Shown here: positions 9,424 through 19,316 of the stretch, piece by piece
How the letters are laid out: each line of letters starts with the position of its first letter
How positions within the stretch are numbered: position 1 is the first letter of the stretch
Assembly: GCF_947500975.1 (NCBI RefSeq)
Contig: NZ_CANMUE010000008.1
Span: 16,690-80,689, forward strand
Length of the DNA stretch: 64,000 nt
Direction: 5' to 3'
From: an uncultured Polaribacter sp.
GTDB taxonomy: Bacteria; Bacteroidota; Bacteroidia; Flavobacteriales; Flavobacteriaceae
The notes under the pieces: generated by a model
What the model was told of the DNA's origin: nothing
The model's input: only the letters and a program-made list of their open reading frames with translations
The model's database searches: none
Program-made: the position numbers and the translations under genes

Positions 9424-9627
9424 AAATATCTAATTAAAGTTAAGAATGACAACTTTAGGTAGACCACAATACATAAAATAAACAAGATGCAAGTTTTAGA
9501 AAACAAACAAATTTTACGTCAGTTAGCAGTCAAAGAAAATTATAGTTTTTGAACTTAAAACTTACAAAATAAGGAATTACTAATAACTTTAAAAGTTTTA
9601 TATTTAGGGTTCAACTCTTGTTTTAAA

Positions 9628-10650
9628 ATGATTCACGAACTTAAAGAAATTATCAATCAGGCTGTCTTCAATCAACAAAAAGGATTGAAAAACGTTTTGG
9701 CAAGCGTGGTGTATTTAGAAGGTTCATCTTATAGAAAACCAGGAGTTAGAATGTTAATTTCAGAAGATTTTAATTCTGTTGGAGCAGTAAGTGGTGGCTG
9801 TGTAGAAAAAGAAATTATTCAAAGAGCTAAAAATGTTTTTAAAGAGAATAAACCAAAAGTTATTACTTACGATGGTAGATATAGATTAGGTTGTGAAGGT
9901 ATTTTATACATTTTAATTGAACCTTTTTATGTTTCTAATGATTTTTTTAATTCATTTTCAGACGCAATTTCTAGCAGAGAAATTTTAAAAATTGATAGTT
10001 ATTTTATCAAAAAAGATGAAGCTTTTGGAAATTTTGGATCTGTAATTACCTTTGAAAATAAAACACAATTTACATTTTTAGAAACTTTTGATTTTGGAAA
10101 ATTAAATCAAACAGAAATTTTTACACAAATTTTACAACCAAGTTTTAAACTAATTATTATTGGTGGTGAACATGATGCTGTAAAACTGTGTAAAACAGCT
10201 TCTGATTTAGGTTGGGAAGTTGATGTAATTACCTCAGCAAAAGACAGCAAACAAATTACTGATTTTCCTGGTGCTAATACTGTTATTGGTAAAAATCCAG
10301 AAACTATTGAATTTAAAGATATTTCTGAAAATTGTGCTATTGTAATTATGAATCATAGCTATGTACAAGATTTAAAATATGTTGTTAAACTTGCTGATTA
10401 TCAACCAAAATATATTGGAATTTTAGGTGCTCCGAACAGAAGAGAACGTTTGTTTAATGAACTTTTTGAGTTTGCACCTCATATTACTGATGAATTTATA
10501 GAAAGTATATACACTCCTGCAGGTTTACATATTGGTGCTCAAACTCCAGAAGAAATTGCACTTTCTATTGTTGCAGAAATTTTGTCTGTTATTAGAAAAA
10601 AAGAACCTTTTTATTTGCGAAAATTAAACGGAAAAATTAATATTTGTTAA
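9628..10650 (+). CDS. xdhC: XdhC/CoxI family molybdoenzyme maturation factor
   Basis: GSSYRKPGVRM, GAVSGGCVE, LGCEG, YIGILG, PAGLHIGAQTPEEIALSIVAEI. Confidence 0.92.
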   Translation: MIHELKEIINQAVFNQQKGLKNVLASVVYLEGSSYRKPGVRMLISEDFNSVGAVSGGCVEKEIIQRAKNVFKENKPKVITYDGRYRLGCEGILYILIEPFYVSNDFFNSFSDAISSREILKIDSYFIKKDEAFGNFGSVITFENKTQFTFLETFDFGKLNQTEIFTQILQPSFKLIIIGGEHDAVKLCKTASDLGWEVDVITSAKDSKQITDFPGANTVIGKNPETIEFKDISENCAIVIMNHSYVQDLKYVVKLADYQPKYIGILGAPNRRERLFNELFEFAPHITDEFIESIYTPAGLHIGAQTPEEIALSIVAEILSVIRKKEPFYLRKLNGKINIC

Positions 10651-11249
10651 TGAAAAACATTGCTATTTTAGTTTTAGCTGCTGGTAAATCATCAAGGATG
10701 AAAAGCATAAAACAGCTAGAGAAAATCAATAATAAAACGCTGTTAGAAATCACATTAGAAAATGCTAAAAAAGTAACTTCAAGTAATATTTATTGTGTTT
10801 TAGGGGCAAATACTGATAAAATAAAACAAGAAATATCTGTAAAAAACATTGTATTCATTTTTAACAAAAACTATGAAAATGGCTTAAGTTCTAGCATTAT
10901 TTCTGGCATCAATTATTTAAAAAAAAATCAACTAAATTTTGATGGAGTTTTAATTTTATTAGCAGATCAACCAGCAATAGAAACTGAATATTTAAATTCC
11001 TTACTAGATTTATTTCAACAAAATAATGATAAAATAATAGCTTCAAAATATGAACATTTTTTTGGAGTTCCAGCAATTTTTCCAAAAAAACACTTTAAAG
11101 ATTTATTATTAATTAAGAACGATAAAGGTGCAAAGGAACTTATAAATAATCATAAAAACGAAGTTTTTTACCCTAAAATTAAAACCAATTTTATTGATAT
11201 TGACACAAAAGAAGATTTGTTTCTTTACAAAAAATCAATTTTAAAATAG
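10650..11249 (+). CDS. Molybdenum cofactor cytidylyltransferase-like nucleotidyltransferase (MocA family)
   Basis: VLAAGKSSRM, K-QL, LADQP, GVPAIF, DKGAK, DIDTKED; ATG coupled to the xdhC stop (TAATG). Confidence 0.88.
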   Translation: MKNIAILVLAAGKSSRMKSIKQLEKINNKTLLEITLENAKKVTSSNIYCVLGANTDKIKQEISVKNIVFIFNKNYENGLSSSIISGINYLKKNQLNFDGVLILLADQPAIETEYLNSLLDLFQQNNDKIIASKYEHFFGVPAIFPKKHFKDLLLIKNDKGAKELINNHKNEVFYPKIKTNFIDIDTKEDLFLYKKSILK

Positions 11250-11263
11250 TTAATTTTACATTC

Positions 11264-14200
11264 ATGAATTTATTGAAATTTTCATTATTTACAACAATCT
11301 TACTTTTGTTTTCAACTTGTGCTACTACTAATATGCAAGTTTTTGAAAATCAAAAATTTGAATCAAAAAAAGATACTTCAGAAATTGAACATTCGTTTTA
11401 TTTAATTGGAGATGCAGGTAATTCTACTTTAACAGAAGACTCACCAGCATTAAAATATTTAAAGAAAGAAACTGAAAATGCTTCAAAAAATTCTACATTA
11501 ATTTTTTTAGGTGATAATGTTTATGAAACTGGTATTCCTAAAAAAAAATCTAAAAAATATCCGTTAGCTAAAAGAAGAATTGAAGCACAAACAAATGTTG
11601 CAAAAAATTTTAATGGAAAATCAATTTTTATCCCTGGTAACCATGATTGGTATAATGGTTTATCAGGTTTAAAAAGAGAAGAAAAATTGGTAAAAAAAGC
11701 TTTAGGGAAAAAAGCTTTTTTACCACAAAATGGTTGTCCTTTAGAAAAAGTAAATATTACAGATAACATTGTTTTAATTATAATTGACACTCATTGGTAT
11801 TTAACAAATTGGGGAAATCACCCAACAATAAATGATAACTGCGAAATTAAAACTAGAACAAAATTTTTTGATGAACTTGAAGGTTTAATTAAAAAGGCAA
11901 GAGGAAAAACAACTATAATTGCAATGCATCACCCAATGTTTACCTATGGTTCTCATGGAGGTAAATTTTCATTTAAAAGCCACTTAAAGCCTTTGCCAAT
12001 ATTAGGGTCTCTAAAAAATTTATTGCGTACAACTACAGGTCTTTCTAATACAGATATTCAAAATAAAAAATATAATAAACTTAAAAAACACATTATAACT
12101 CTATCACAAGAAAATGATAAAACTATTTTTGTTTCTGGTCATGATCATAATTTACAATACATTGTACAAGATAATATTCCACAAATAATTAGTGGTTCTG
12201 GTTCTAAAAGTATGGCTACAAAATTATCTGGTGGCGCAAAATTTACTTACGGTACTCAAGGTTTTGCTAAACTAGATGTATACAAAGATGGTTCGTCTGA
12301 AGTACGTTTTTACTCTGTAAAAGATGATAAAATTGTGTATCAATCACAAGTATTATCTGCCAATGAAAAAAACAATTTTACAACATTTCCTGATAATAAA
12401 ATTACAGAAAAAAAAGCTTCTATTTATACTGATGAAGAAGTTACAAAAAGCAAAATGTATCGTTTTTTATGGGGAGAACGATATAGGCAATATTTTGGTA
12501 CAAAAATAAACGCACCCACTGTAAATTTAGATACGCTTTTTGGTGGATTAAAACCTGTTAGAAAAGGTGGAGGACATCAATCAAAATCATTAAGATTAAA
12601 AGATAAAAAAGGAAGAGAATATATGATGCGTGCTTTGCGTAAAAGTGCTGTTCAATTTTTACAAGCTGTAGCATTTAAAGATCAATATATAGAAGGTCAA
12701 TTTAATAATACAATAACAGAAAATTTTTTATTTGATGCTTTTACTGGTTCGCATCCTTATGCGCCATTTACCATAGGAAAACTATCTGATGCAATTGGGG
12801 TTTATCATACAAATCCGGTTTTATATTATATTTCTAAACAAAATAGTTTAGGCCATTTTAATGATGAATTTGGTGATGAATTATATATGATTGAAGAACG
12901 AGCAGCTTCTGGTCATGGAGAGCAAGCTAGTTTTGGTTTTGCAGATAAAGTAGTTAGCACAGACGATTTATTAAATAATTTAACCAAAAACGAAAATCAT
13001 GTTTTAGATGAAGAAGCATATATAAAAGCACGTTTGTTTGATATGTTAATTGGAGATTGGGATAGGCATGAAGATCAATGGAGATGGGCTGTTTTTAAAG
13101 AAAATAATCAAACAGTTTACAGGCCAATTCCAAGAGATAGAGATCAAGCTTTTTCTATTTTTGGAGATGGCATTATATTAAACACAGTTACCAAATTAAT
13201 ACCAACCTTACGATTAATGCAATCTTATAACGAAGAGCTAAAAAGTCCTAAATGGTTTAATTTAGAACCTTACCATTTAGATTTAATTTTAATTTCTAAA
13301 TCCAATAAAAACCTATGGAACAAGCAAGTTAAGCTTATTACTAATAATATTACTGATGAAGTTATAGATGATGCTTTTACTCTTTTTCCTGATGAAGTAA
13401 AAGATGAAACCATTGTAGAAATTAAAAGAAAATTACAAGGTAGAAGAAGTAATTTACAAAAAATTTCTGATAATTATTTTAACCATATTAATAAACTTCA
13501 AGTAATTACTGGTACCCAAAAAGCAGATTGGTTTGATATTGAAAGATTACAAAATGGACAAACTAAAATTACTGGCTATAGAATAAAAAAAGGGGAAAAA
13601 GATAAAGAATTTCATAAACGAACTTATCATAAAAAAGAAACCAAAGAAATTTGGATTTATGGTTTAGATCAAGAAGACGTTTTTGTTGTAAAAGGTGAAG
13701 GAGAAAAGTTAATTAAAATTAGAATTATTGGAGGTCAGAATAATGACATTTACAATATTAAAAATGGCAAAAAAGTAATTATTTACGATTATAAATCAAA
13801 GAAAAATACTTTTAAAACCAAGAAAGGAAAAAGAAAACTTACTGATGATTATGAAACAAATGTTTATGATTATAAAAAGTTTAAAAACAATCAAAATGTT
13901 ATTATACCAACAATTGGTTTTAATCCTGATGATGGTATAAAAATTGGGTTTTCCAATACATACACAACTTATGGTTTTGAGAGAAATCCTTTTACTACAA
14001 AACACAAACTTTCTGGAGCATATTATTTTGCTACTAATGGTTTTGAGTTATTTTACTCATCAGAAATAGCAAATGTAATTAACAACTTAAACCTTGGTTT
14101 TACAGCTACTTTTACAAGTCCTAATTTTGCTATAAATTACTTTGGATTAGGAAATAACTCTACAAACCCTGAAGCAAAAGATTTAAAAGACGAAAATTTT

Positions 14201-14959
14201 AATAGAGTAAAAATTAGAAAAATAGTTGCTGGTACTTTTATAAAATGGCAAGGAGAATTAGAAGACGAAATAAAGTTAGGTGTTAATTTTCAAAACTTAA
14301 AAGTAGAAAATACTTTAGATAGATTTATAAACACACAGTTTACTGAAAACGATCCTATTTTTAAACAACAAAAATTTATAAATACAGAAGCTAGTTATCA
14401 TTATAAAAATTCAGACAATTATGCTTTTCCTACAATAGGAATGAAAACAGAAATAATAGCTGGTTACACATCAAATTTAGAAAATAGTAATAATTTTGCC
14501 TATATTATTCCATCAATTTCTTTTGATCATAAATTAAACTCTGGTGGACAATTAGTATTTGCAACAAAAGTAAAAACACACTTTACTTTTGGTGATAGTT
14601 ATGAGTTTTATCAAGCAGCAAATATTGGTGGTAATGATGGTTTAAGAGGGTATAGAAACCAACGTTTTACAGGTAAAAACTCATTTTATCACAGTTCTGA
14701 TATTCGTTTAAAATTAAAACAATTTAAAACCAGTTTAATGCCTTTAAACTTTGGTGTTTTTGGTGGTTTTGATTATGGTAGGATTTGGGGTAAACAAAAA
14801 ATCTTAGTTATAAATCCTTTTTTAACAAATAAATTTTTTAATACTTCTTATGGTGGTGGAATTTTCCTTAGTGCTGCAAATATGATGTCTGGTAACCTTT
14901 CTCTTTTTAATAGTGATGATGGTTTAAGATTAACATTTACATTTGGTTTTGCCTTTTAA
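11264..14959 (+). CDS. Lipoprotein: calcineurin-like metallophosphoesterase + atypical-kinase-like middle domain + C-terminal outer-membrane beta-barrel (1231 aa)
   Basis: Lipobox-like LFSTC; GDAG, GDNVY, PGNHDW, MHHP, SGHDH; DMLIGDWDRHEDQW; amphipathic beta-strands ending FTFGFAF. Confidence 0.8.
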   Translation: MNLLKFSLFTTILLLFSTCATTNMQVFENQKFESKKDTSEIEHSFYLIGDAGNSTLTEDSPALKYLKKETENASKNSTLIFLGDNVYETGIPKKKSKKYPLAKRRIEAQTNVAKNFNGKSIFIPGNHDWYNGLSGLKREEKLVKKALGKKAFLPQNGCPLEKVNITDNIVLIIIDTHWYLTNWGNHPTINDNCEIKTRTKFFDELEGLIKKARGKTTIIAMHHPMFTYGSHGGKFSFKSHLKPLPILGSLKNLLRTTTGLSNTDIQNKKYNKLKKHIITLSQENDKTIFVSGHDHNLQYIVQDNIPQIISGSGSKSMATKLSGGAKFTYGTQGFAKLDVYKDGSSEVRFYSVKDDKIVYQSQVLSANEKNNFTTFPDNKITEKKASIYTDEEVTKSKMYRFLWGERYRQYFGTKINAPTVNLDTLFGGLKPVRKGGGHQSKSLRLKDKKGREYMMRALRKSAVQFLQAVAFKDQYIEGQFNNTITENFLFDAFTGSHPYAPFTIGKLSDAIGVYHTNPVLYYISKQNSLGHFNDEFGDELYMIEERAASGHGEQASFGFADKVVSTDDLLNNLTKNENHVLDEEAYIKARLFDMLIGDWDRHEDQWRWAVFKENNQTVYRPIPRDRDQAFSIFGDGIILNTVTKLIPTLRLMQSYNEELKSPKWFNLEPYHLDLILISKSNKNLWNKQVKLITNNITDEVIDDAFTLFPDEVKDETIVEIKRKLQGRRSNLQKISDNYFNHINKLQVITGTQKADWFDIERLQNGQTKITGYRIKKGEKDKEFHKRTYHKKETKEIWIYGLDQEDVFVVKGEGEKLIKIRIIGGQNNDIYNIKNGKKVIIYDYKSKKNTFKTKKGKRKLTDDYETNVYDYKKFKNNQNVIIPTIGFNPDDGIKIGFSNTYTTYGFERNPFTTKHKLSGAYYFATNGFELFYSSEIANVINNLNLGFTATFTSPNFAINYFGLGNNSTNPEAKDLKDENFNRVKIRKIVAGTFIKWQGELEDEIKLGVNFQNLKVENTLDRFINTQFTENDPIFKQQKFINTEASYHYKNSDNYAFPTIGMKTEIIAGYTSNLENSNNFAYIIPSISFDHKLNSGGQLVFATKVKTHFTFGDSYEFYQAANIGGNDGLRGYRNQRFTGKNSFYHSSDIRLKLKQFKTSLMPLNFGVFGGFDYGRIWGKQKILVINPFLTNKFFNTSYGGGIFLSAANMMSGNLSLFNSDDGLRLTFTFGFAF

Positions 14960-14968
14960 TATTTATAT

Positions 14969-15352
14969 ATGACACAAATCGCATTAGTTTTCGGGAGTTT
15001 ATTTGGATTTTTAGCAATAATTTTTGGAGCCTTTGGAGCACATTTATTAAAGAAAAAACTTACTTTAGACCAGTTACATAGTTTTGAAACTGGTGTTAAA
15101 TATCAAATTTATCACGCCATTGTTTTGCTTTTTTTAGGGTTTTATTTAGATAGCTCATCTGCCATTAATACATATATTATTTATGCCTTTATTATTGGAA
15201 CAATACTATTTTCTTTTTCAATTTATGGCTTGGTAATTTCTTCATCAAAAAACAAGAAATTAAATTTTTTAGGACCTATTACACCTCTTGGAGGGTTGTT
15301 TTTAGCTTTTGGATGGTTGCTTTTGTTATATAAGTTTGTAGTTTTATTTTAA
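14969..15352 (+). CDS. DUF423 (YgdD/TMEM256-like) membrane protein
   Basis: GAFGAH, F.TGV.YQ.YHA, GPITPLGG. Confidence 0.9.
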   Translation: MTQIALVFGSLFGFLAIIFGAFGAHLLKKKLTLDQLHSFETGVKYQIYHAIVLLFLGFYLDSSSAINTYIIYAFIIGTILFSFSIYGLVISSSKNKKLNFLGPITPLGGLFLAFGWLLLLYKFVVLF

Positions 15353-16192
15353 TTTCAACTCATATAAATTACCTCCAGCACCATGTCCTTTTTCATCGGT
15401 AATTAAAAGTGTATTGTTATCTTTAAAAGTAATTCCTTCCTTTTGAGAATAATGTTTTAAATCGATTTTTTTAACTTTTCCTGAAAAGAAATTATCACCT
15501 TCAAAATCCGTAAAAACTAAAATATTTTTTTGAGAAAGTAATACTACTTTTTTACCATCAGCAGAAATATCTGCAGATGTTACCCAACATTCTAAATCGA
15601 TACAATTTTCAAATTCTGAAATTAATTTTGCAATATGCTTCCCTTTTTTAGCAGGTACTTTATAGAGTGAAGTTTTGCCATATTTATTTTTAACTCTACT
15701 TTTTGTAAAAATATAAAAGTAATTATTATAATAAAAAAAAGCTTCTGCATCAAAAAACATAGCTTTCTTTTTTGGCGGAAATTTTATTTGATTTTCATAG
15801 CTAAATTTTATTTTTTTAGCTTTTGCTTTTTTAGTTTTTAAATATTTTTTGTCAATCTTTAAAATTCTTAAATTTTTTCTTTTATTTAAGTTATTACCAA
15901 AATCTCCAATATATATATTTCCTTCTTTATCAGAAGTTAAATCTTCCCAATCATGGTTTTTTTCGTTAATATAGATTTTTCTTTCAATATTGCCATTTTT
16001 AGAAACAGCATATAACAAGGGTCTGTTTTCACTATCATTTAACATCCAAATAAGATCAGATTTTCCTAAAACTTCTGCCCCAGAAACTTCTTTTAAACTT
16101 TTAGGCAAATGAGAAATTAAATTTAATTTTTCAAAATTTTGACAACATAAAAAAATCGAGAATCCAAAAAATAAAATTATTTTCTTCAGCAT
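15344..16192 (-). CDS. Hypothetical lipoprotein, probable beta-propeller (SdiA-regulated-like)
   Basis: Signal peptide ending FLCC; repeated acidic motifs EVSG, DWEDL, IGDFGNN, DAEAFF, QKEGI. Confidence 0.6.
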   Translation of the reverse strand: MLKKIILFFGFSIFLCCQNFEKLNLISHLPKSLKEVSGAEVLGKSDLIWMLNDSENRPLLYAVSKNGNIERKIYINEKNHDWEDLTSDKEGNIYIGDFGNNLNKRKNLRILKIDKKYLKTKKAKAKKIKFSYENQIKFPPKKKAMFFDAEAFFYYNNYFYIFTKSRVKNKYGKTSLYKVPAKKGKHIAKLISEFENCIDLECWVTSADISADGKKVVLLSQKNILVFTDFEGDNFFSGKVKKIDLKHYSQKEGITFKDNNTLLITDEKGHGAGGNLYELKLK

Positions 16193-16245
16193 AAAAAATT
16201 AAATAAATAGAAATTATTTTTTTGATGTAAATTTAAGTAGAATAA

Positions 16246-17070
16246 TTACCAACCACCAGAAGCGCCACCTCCACCAAAGCTTCCGCCTCCAAAACCGCCA
16301 CCAAATCCACCACTAGAAGAACTTCCGCCACCAAAACCGCCACCAAAACTTCCGCCACTTCTTCTACCAGAATTGGTTAAAATAATGGTTTCAAAAATGT
16401 CTCCAGCAAAGTTACCCGTTCTATTACCTCTTCCTCTATTATTTTTATTTCCTTTAGAAATGATAATAAAAAAGATGAAAATAATGATGATGAAAATAAT
16501 GATACTAGGGTCAAAATTTGATTTTTCTTGTCTAGAACCTGTAAACTCTCCGTTTAACGTTTTAAAAATATAATCAGAACCCTTGTCTAAACCTCTATAA
16601 TAATCTCCTTTTTTAAATTCAGGAATTATAATTCTTTCAATAATTCTTTTGGATGTAAAATCAGTCAATAAATGCTCTGTTCCTTTTCCTGCTTGTATCG
16701 TAATTTTTCTGTCACCTTTTGCCAATAACATTAAAACACCATTGTCTTTCTCATCATCTCCTATACCCCATTTTTCTCCCCAATTTGCAGCTAAATAGGC
16801 TATATTTTCTCCTTCTGTAGAATTGACAATTGCTACTACAATTTGTGTTGATGTGGTATCTGAATACCTAACAAGTTTGTTTTCTAAACTTTGTTTTTGA
16901 GAAGCTGATAATAGGTTTGCATAATCATAAACACTCGTTTGAAAGCTTGGTTTTTCTGGTATTTTATATCCTTGTGAGAATAAATTTAAGGAAATAAATA
17001 ACATCAGTAAAAAAACAACTTTCTTACTAAAAACTAAAAACTGAAAATTAAAAACTCTTTTTAAACTCAT
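16246..17070 (-). CDS. TPM domain protein with TM helix and Gly-rich tail
   Basis: VYDYANLL, QIVVAIV, WGIG...DNGVL, EHLLTD; TM segment then GGGFGGG repeats. Confidence 0.88.
   Translation of the reverse strand: MSLKRVFNFQFLVFSKKVVFLLMLFISLNLFSQGYKIPEKPSFQTSVYDYANLLSASQKQSLENKLVRYSDTTSTQIVVAIVNSTEGENIAYLAANWGEKWGIGDDEKDNGVLMLLAKGDRKITIQAGKGTEHLLTDFTSKRIIERIIIPEFKKGDYYRGLDKGSDYIFKTLNGEFTGSRQEKSNFDPSIIIFIIIIFIFFIIISKGNKNNRGRGNRTGNFAGDIFETIILTNSGRRSGGSFGGGFGGGSSSSGGFGGGFGGGSFGGGGASGGW
17029..17056 (+). repeat. Degenerate heptamer tandem repeat (4 units)
   Basis: AAAAACT AAAAACT GAAAATT AAAAACT inside the 5' end of the TPM gene. Confidence 0.6.
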
Positions 17071-17504
17071 CCTTTAGAAATCTCGTTTGAAAGTTCGTTA
17101 ACATCATCTGTTTGATAAGGAAAATGGGTCTTTAATTCTAAACCGGCTTTTAAGATTCCGTCAATAATACCTTGTTTAAAATTACCTGATTTAAATTGAG
17201 CTTGAATAGCATCTTTAGTAGAATTCCAAAAATCTTTTGGCACTACTTTATCAATGCCTTTATCACCATAAATAACAAATTTTTTATCATTTACAGCAAC
17301 ATAGATTAACACAGCATTTGCATCTTTTGTATTCTCCATTTCTAAGAGATAAAATACTTCTAACGCACGTTTATAATGATCTATTTTAGAACTAGATTCA
17401 ATATGTACACGAACTTCGCCAGAAGTATTTTTCTCTGCAATTCTAATCGCAGAAACAATTTCTTCTTCTTCTTCTTTGGTAAGAAATTCTTCTACTTTAG
17501 ACAT
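17067..17504 (-). CDS. Small TPM domain protein
   Basis: AEKNTSGEVRVHIE, NAVLIY, GDKGI; standard partner of lemA. Confidence 0.88.
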   Translation of the reverse strand: MSKVEEFLTKEEEEEIVSAIRIAEKNTSGEVRVHIESSSKIDHYKRALEVFYLLEMENTKDANAVLIYVAVNDKKFVIYGDKGIDKVVPKDFWNSTKDAIQAQFKSGNFKQGIIDGILKAGLELKTHFPYQTDDVNELSNEISKG

Positions 17505-18116
17505 TTAGGCTGCTTTCTTTTTAAAGTCAAAATTAACATTTGGTGCATTTTCTGAACCTGGATTTGATTTAAAACGATCCATTTCAACAAATTTAAATAA
17601 GCCAGCTAATAAAGAATTTGGAAAAACTTTAATGTGTTTATTATACTTATTTACACCTTCATTAAAACGATCTCTAGCTACATTAATTCTGTTTTCTGTA
17701 CCTTCTAACTGACTTTGTAATTCTAAAAAGTTAGCATTTGCTTTCAATTCTGGATAACGTTCTACAGATACTAATAATTTAGATAACGCTCCACTCATAC
17801 CAGCCTGAGCTTGTTGAAATTGTGCCATTTTATCTGGTGTTAAATCACCAGCATTAATATTTACAGAAGTTGCTTTAGCTCTTGCATTTATAACTTCTGT
17901 TAAGGTTTCCTTTTCAAAATCTGCAGCACCTTGTACTGTTTTTACCAAATTACCAATTAAATCATTTCTACGTTGGTAAGAACTTTCTACATTAGACCAA
18001 GTTGTTTTTGCATCTTCTTGTAATTCTACTGCTGTATTATTAAATCCTTTTCCCCAACTATACACTGCATATGCAATTACAGCAAGAACTATTACAGGTA
18101 CTAACCATTTTTTCAT
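17505..18116 (-). CDS. lemA: LemA family protein
   Basis: WSNVESSYQRRNDLI, ERYPELKAN.NF..LQ.QLEGTENRI.VAR. Confidence 0.95.
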   Translation of the reverse strand: MKKWLVPVIVLAVIAYAVYSWGKGFNNTAVELQEDAKTTWSNVESSYQRRNDLIGNLVKTVQGAADFEKETLTEVINARAKATSVNINAGDLTPDKMAQFQQAQAGMSGALSKLLVSVERYPELKANANFLELQSQLEGTENRINVARDRFNEGVNKYNKHIKVFPNSLLAGLFKFVEMDRFKSNPGSENAPNVNFDFKKKAA

Positions 18117-18175
18117 AATTTCAAATTTTAATTTTATTTTGATTTTTTTGTTTTCACAAATTTACTTAATATTCT

Positions 18176-18928
18176 TTAAAGTGATGTTCCACCGTCTAAA
18201 GTAATCGTTTGTCCGGTAATAAATTTCGTGTTATCTGAGGCCAACCAAACCACAGCATCAGCAATTTCATCTGCTTTTCCATAGCGTTTCATAGGAATTA
18301 CACTTTTTAAAATGGCATCCATTTCTGGTTTTGCTTCTATTAATTGATTCAACAATGCAGATTCTGTATAACCAGGGCACACCGCATTAACTCTAATATT
18401 TTTAGTTGCATATTCCATGGCAGCAGATTTTGTCATACCAACAACAGCAAATTTACTTGCACTATAACTAATATTATTAGGTGAAGCTTTTAAACCTGCC
18501 AAAGAAGCAATATTTACAATATTTCCTCCTCCTTGTTTTAAAAATTGTGTCAAAGCAACTTTCATACAATAATAAACACCTGTTTGATTTACAGCAATTA
18601 CTCTATCCCAATCTTTTAATGTAGACTCGTGTGTTCTTAATAAATGAGGACCAATCCCTGCATTATTTACAATTACATCTAACCTATCAAATTCAGAAAC
18701 TGTTGTATTTATTAAATTTTCTACATCTTCAAATTTTGCAACGTTTGCTTTTATTGGTAGCGCTTTTCCTCCATTTGTTACAATCTCTTGCGATACTTTT
18801 TCTGCATTTTCTAAATTGATATCAGAAACCACTACAGTTGCACCATGTTTTGCAAAATGTTTTGCGGTTGATTTTCCTATTCCAGAACCCGCTCCGGTAA
18901 CTATTACTATTTTATTATTTACTTTCAT
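18176..18928 (-). CDS. Short-chain dehydrogenase/reductase
   Basis: TGAGSGIG, NNAG, YSASK, VNAVCPG. Confidence 0.95.
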   Translation of the reverse strand: MKVNNKIVIVTGAGSGIGKSTAKHFAKHGATVVVSDINLENAEKVSQEIVTNGGKALPIKANVAKFEDVENLINTTVSEFDRLDVIVNNAGIGPHLLRTHESTLKDWDRVIAVNQTGVYYCMKVALTQFLKQGGGNIVNIASLAGLKASPNNISYSASKFAVVGMTKSAAMEYATKNIRVNAVCPGYTESALLNQLIEAKPEMDAILKSVIPMKRYGKADEIADAVVWLASDNTKFITGQTITLDGGTSL

Positions 18929-18936
18929 AGTTTATT

Positions 18937-19305
18937 TTATTTACAAAAAATTAAACGAGCATCAGATAAAGCTGATGTTCTTAATGCTGATGGATAATTT
19001 TTCATTTCCATCAACTTAAAAAATTCATTTTTATTCGAGTATTTTACAATTAAAACCTCATCCCAAAGTTCTTCTTTTAATGGGCCAATAATGCAAGTAA
19101 TAGGTTTTCCTTTAAAAATAATATCAGCTTCAATCTTTTTAAAAAAAGGTAAAGCGGCATTCATATACTCTTTATAAGTTTCTTTTCCTGTTTTACCTGT
19201 TGATGATACAATAGATTTATACTTCAAATAATTCATCATAAAAATAGGCTTATTTTCATCAAAAGTTGATAAAATTTTTAATCCTTCTCTATTTATTTCA
19301 TCCAT
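18937..19305 (-). CDS. DUF1330-like small protein
   Basis: PIFMMNYLKY, G.E.Y..Y, WDEVLIVKY, R..AL.DARL. Confidence 0.75.
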   Translation of the reverse strand: MDEINREGLKILSTFDENKPIFMMNYLKYKSIVSSTGKTGKETYKEYMNAALPFFKKIEADIIFKGKPITCIIGPLKEELWDEVLIVKYSNKNEFFKLMEMKNYPSALRTSALSDARLIFCK

Positions 19306-19316
19306 TTTTTATTTTT

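Noticed and set aside
16250-16365. GC-richer CCACC/CCGCC repeats
   Set aside because: Explained by the Gly-rich tail of the TPM protein, which is normal for this family.
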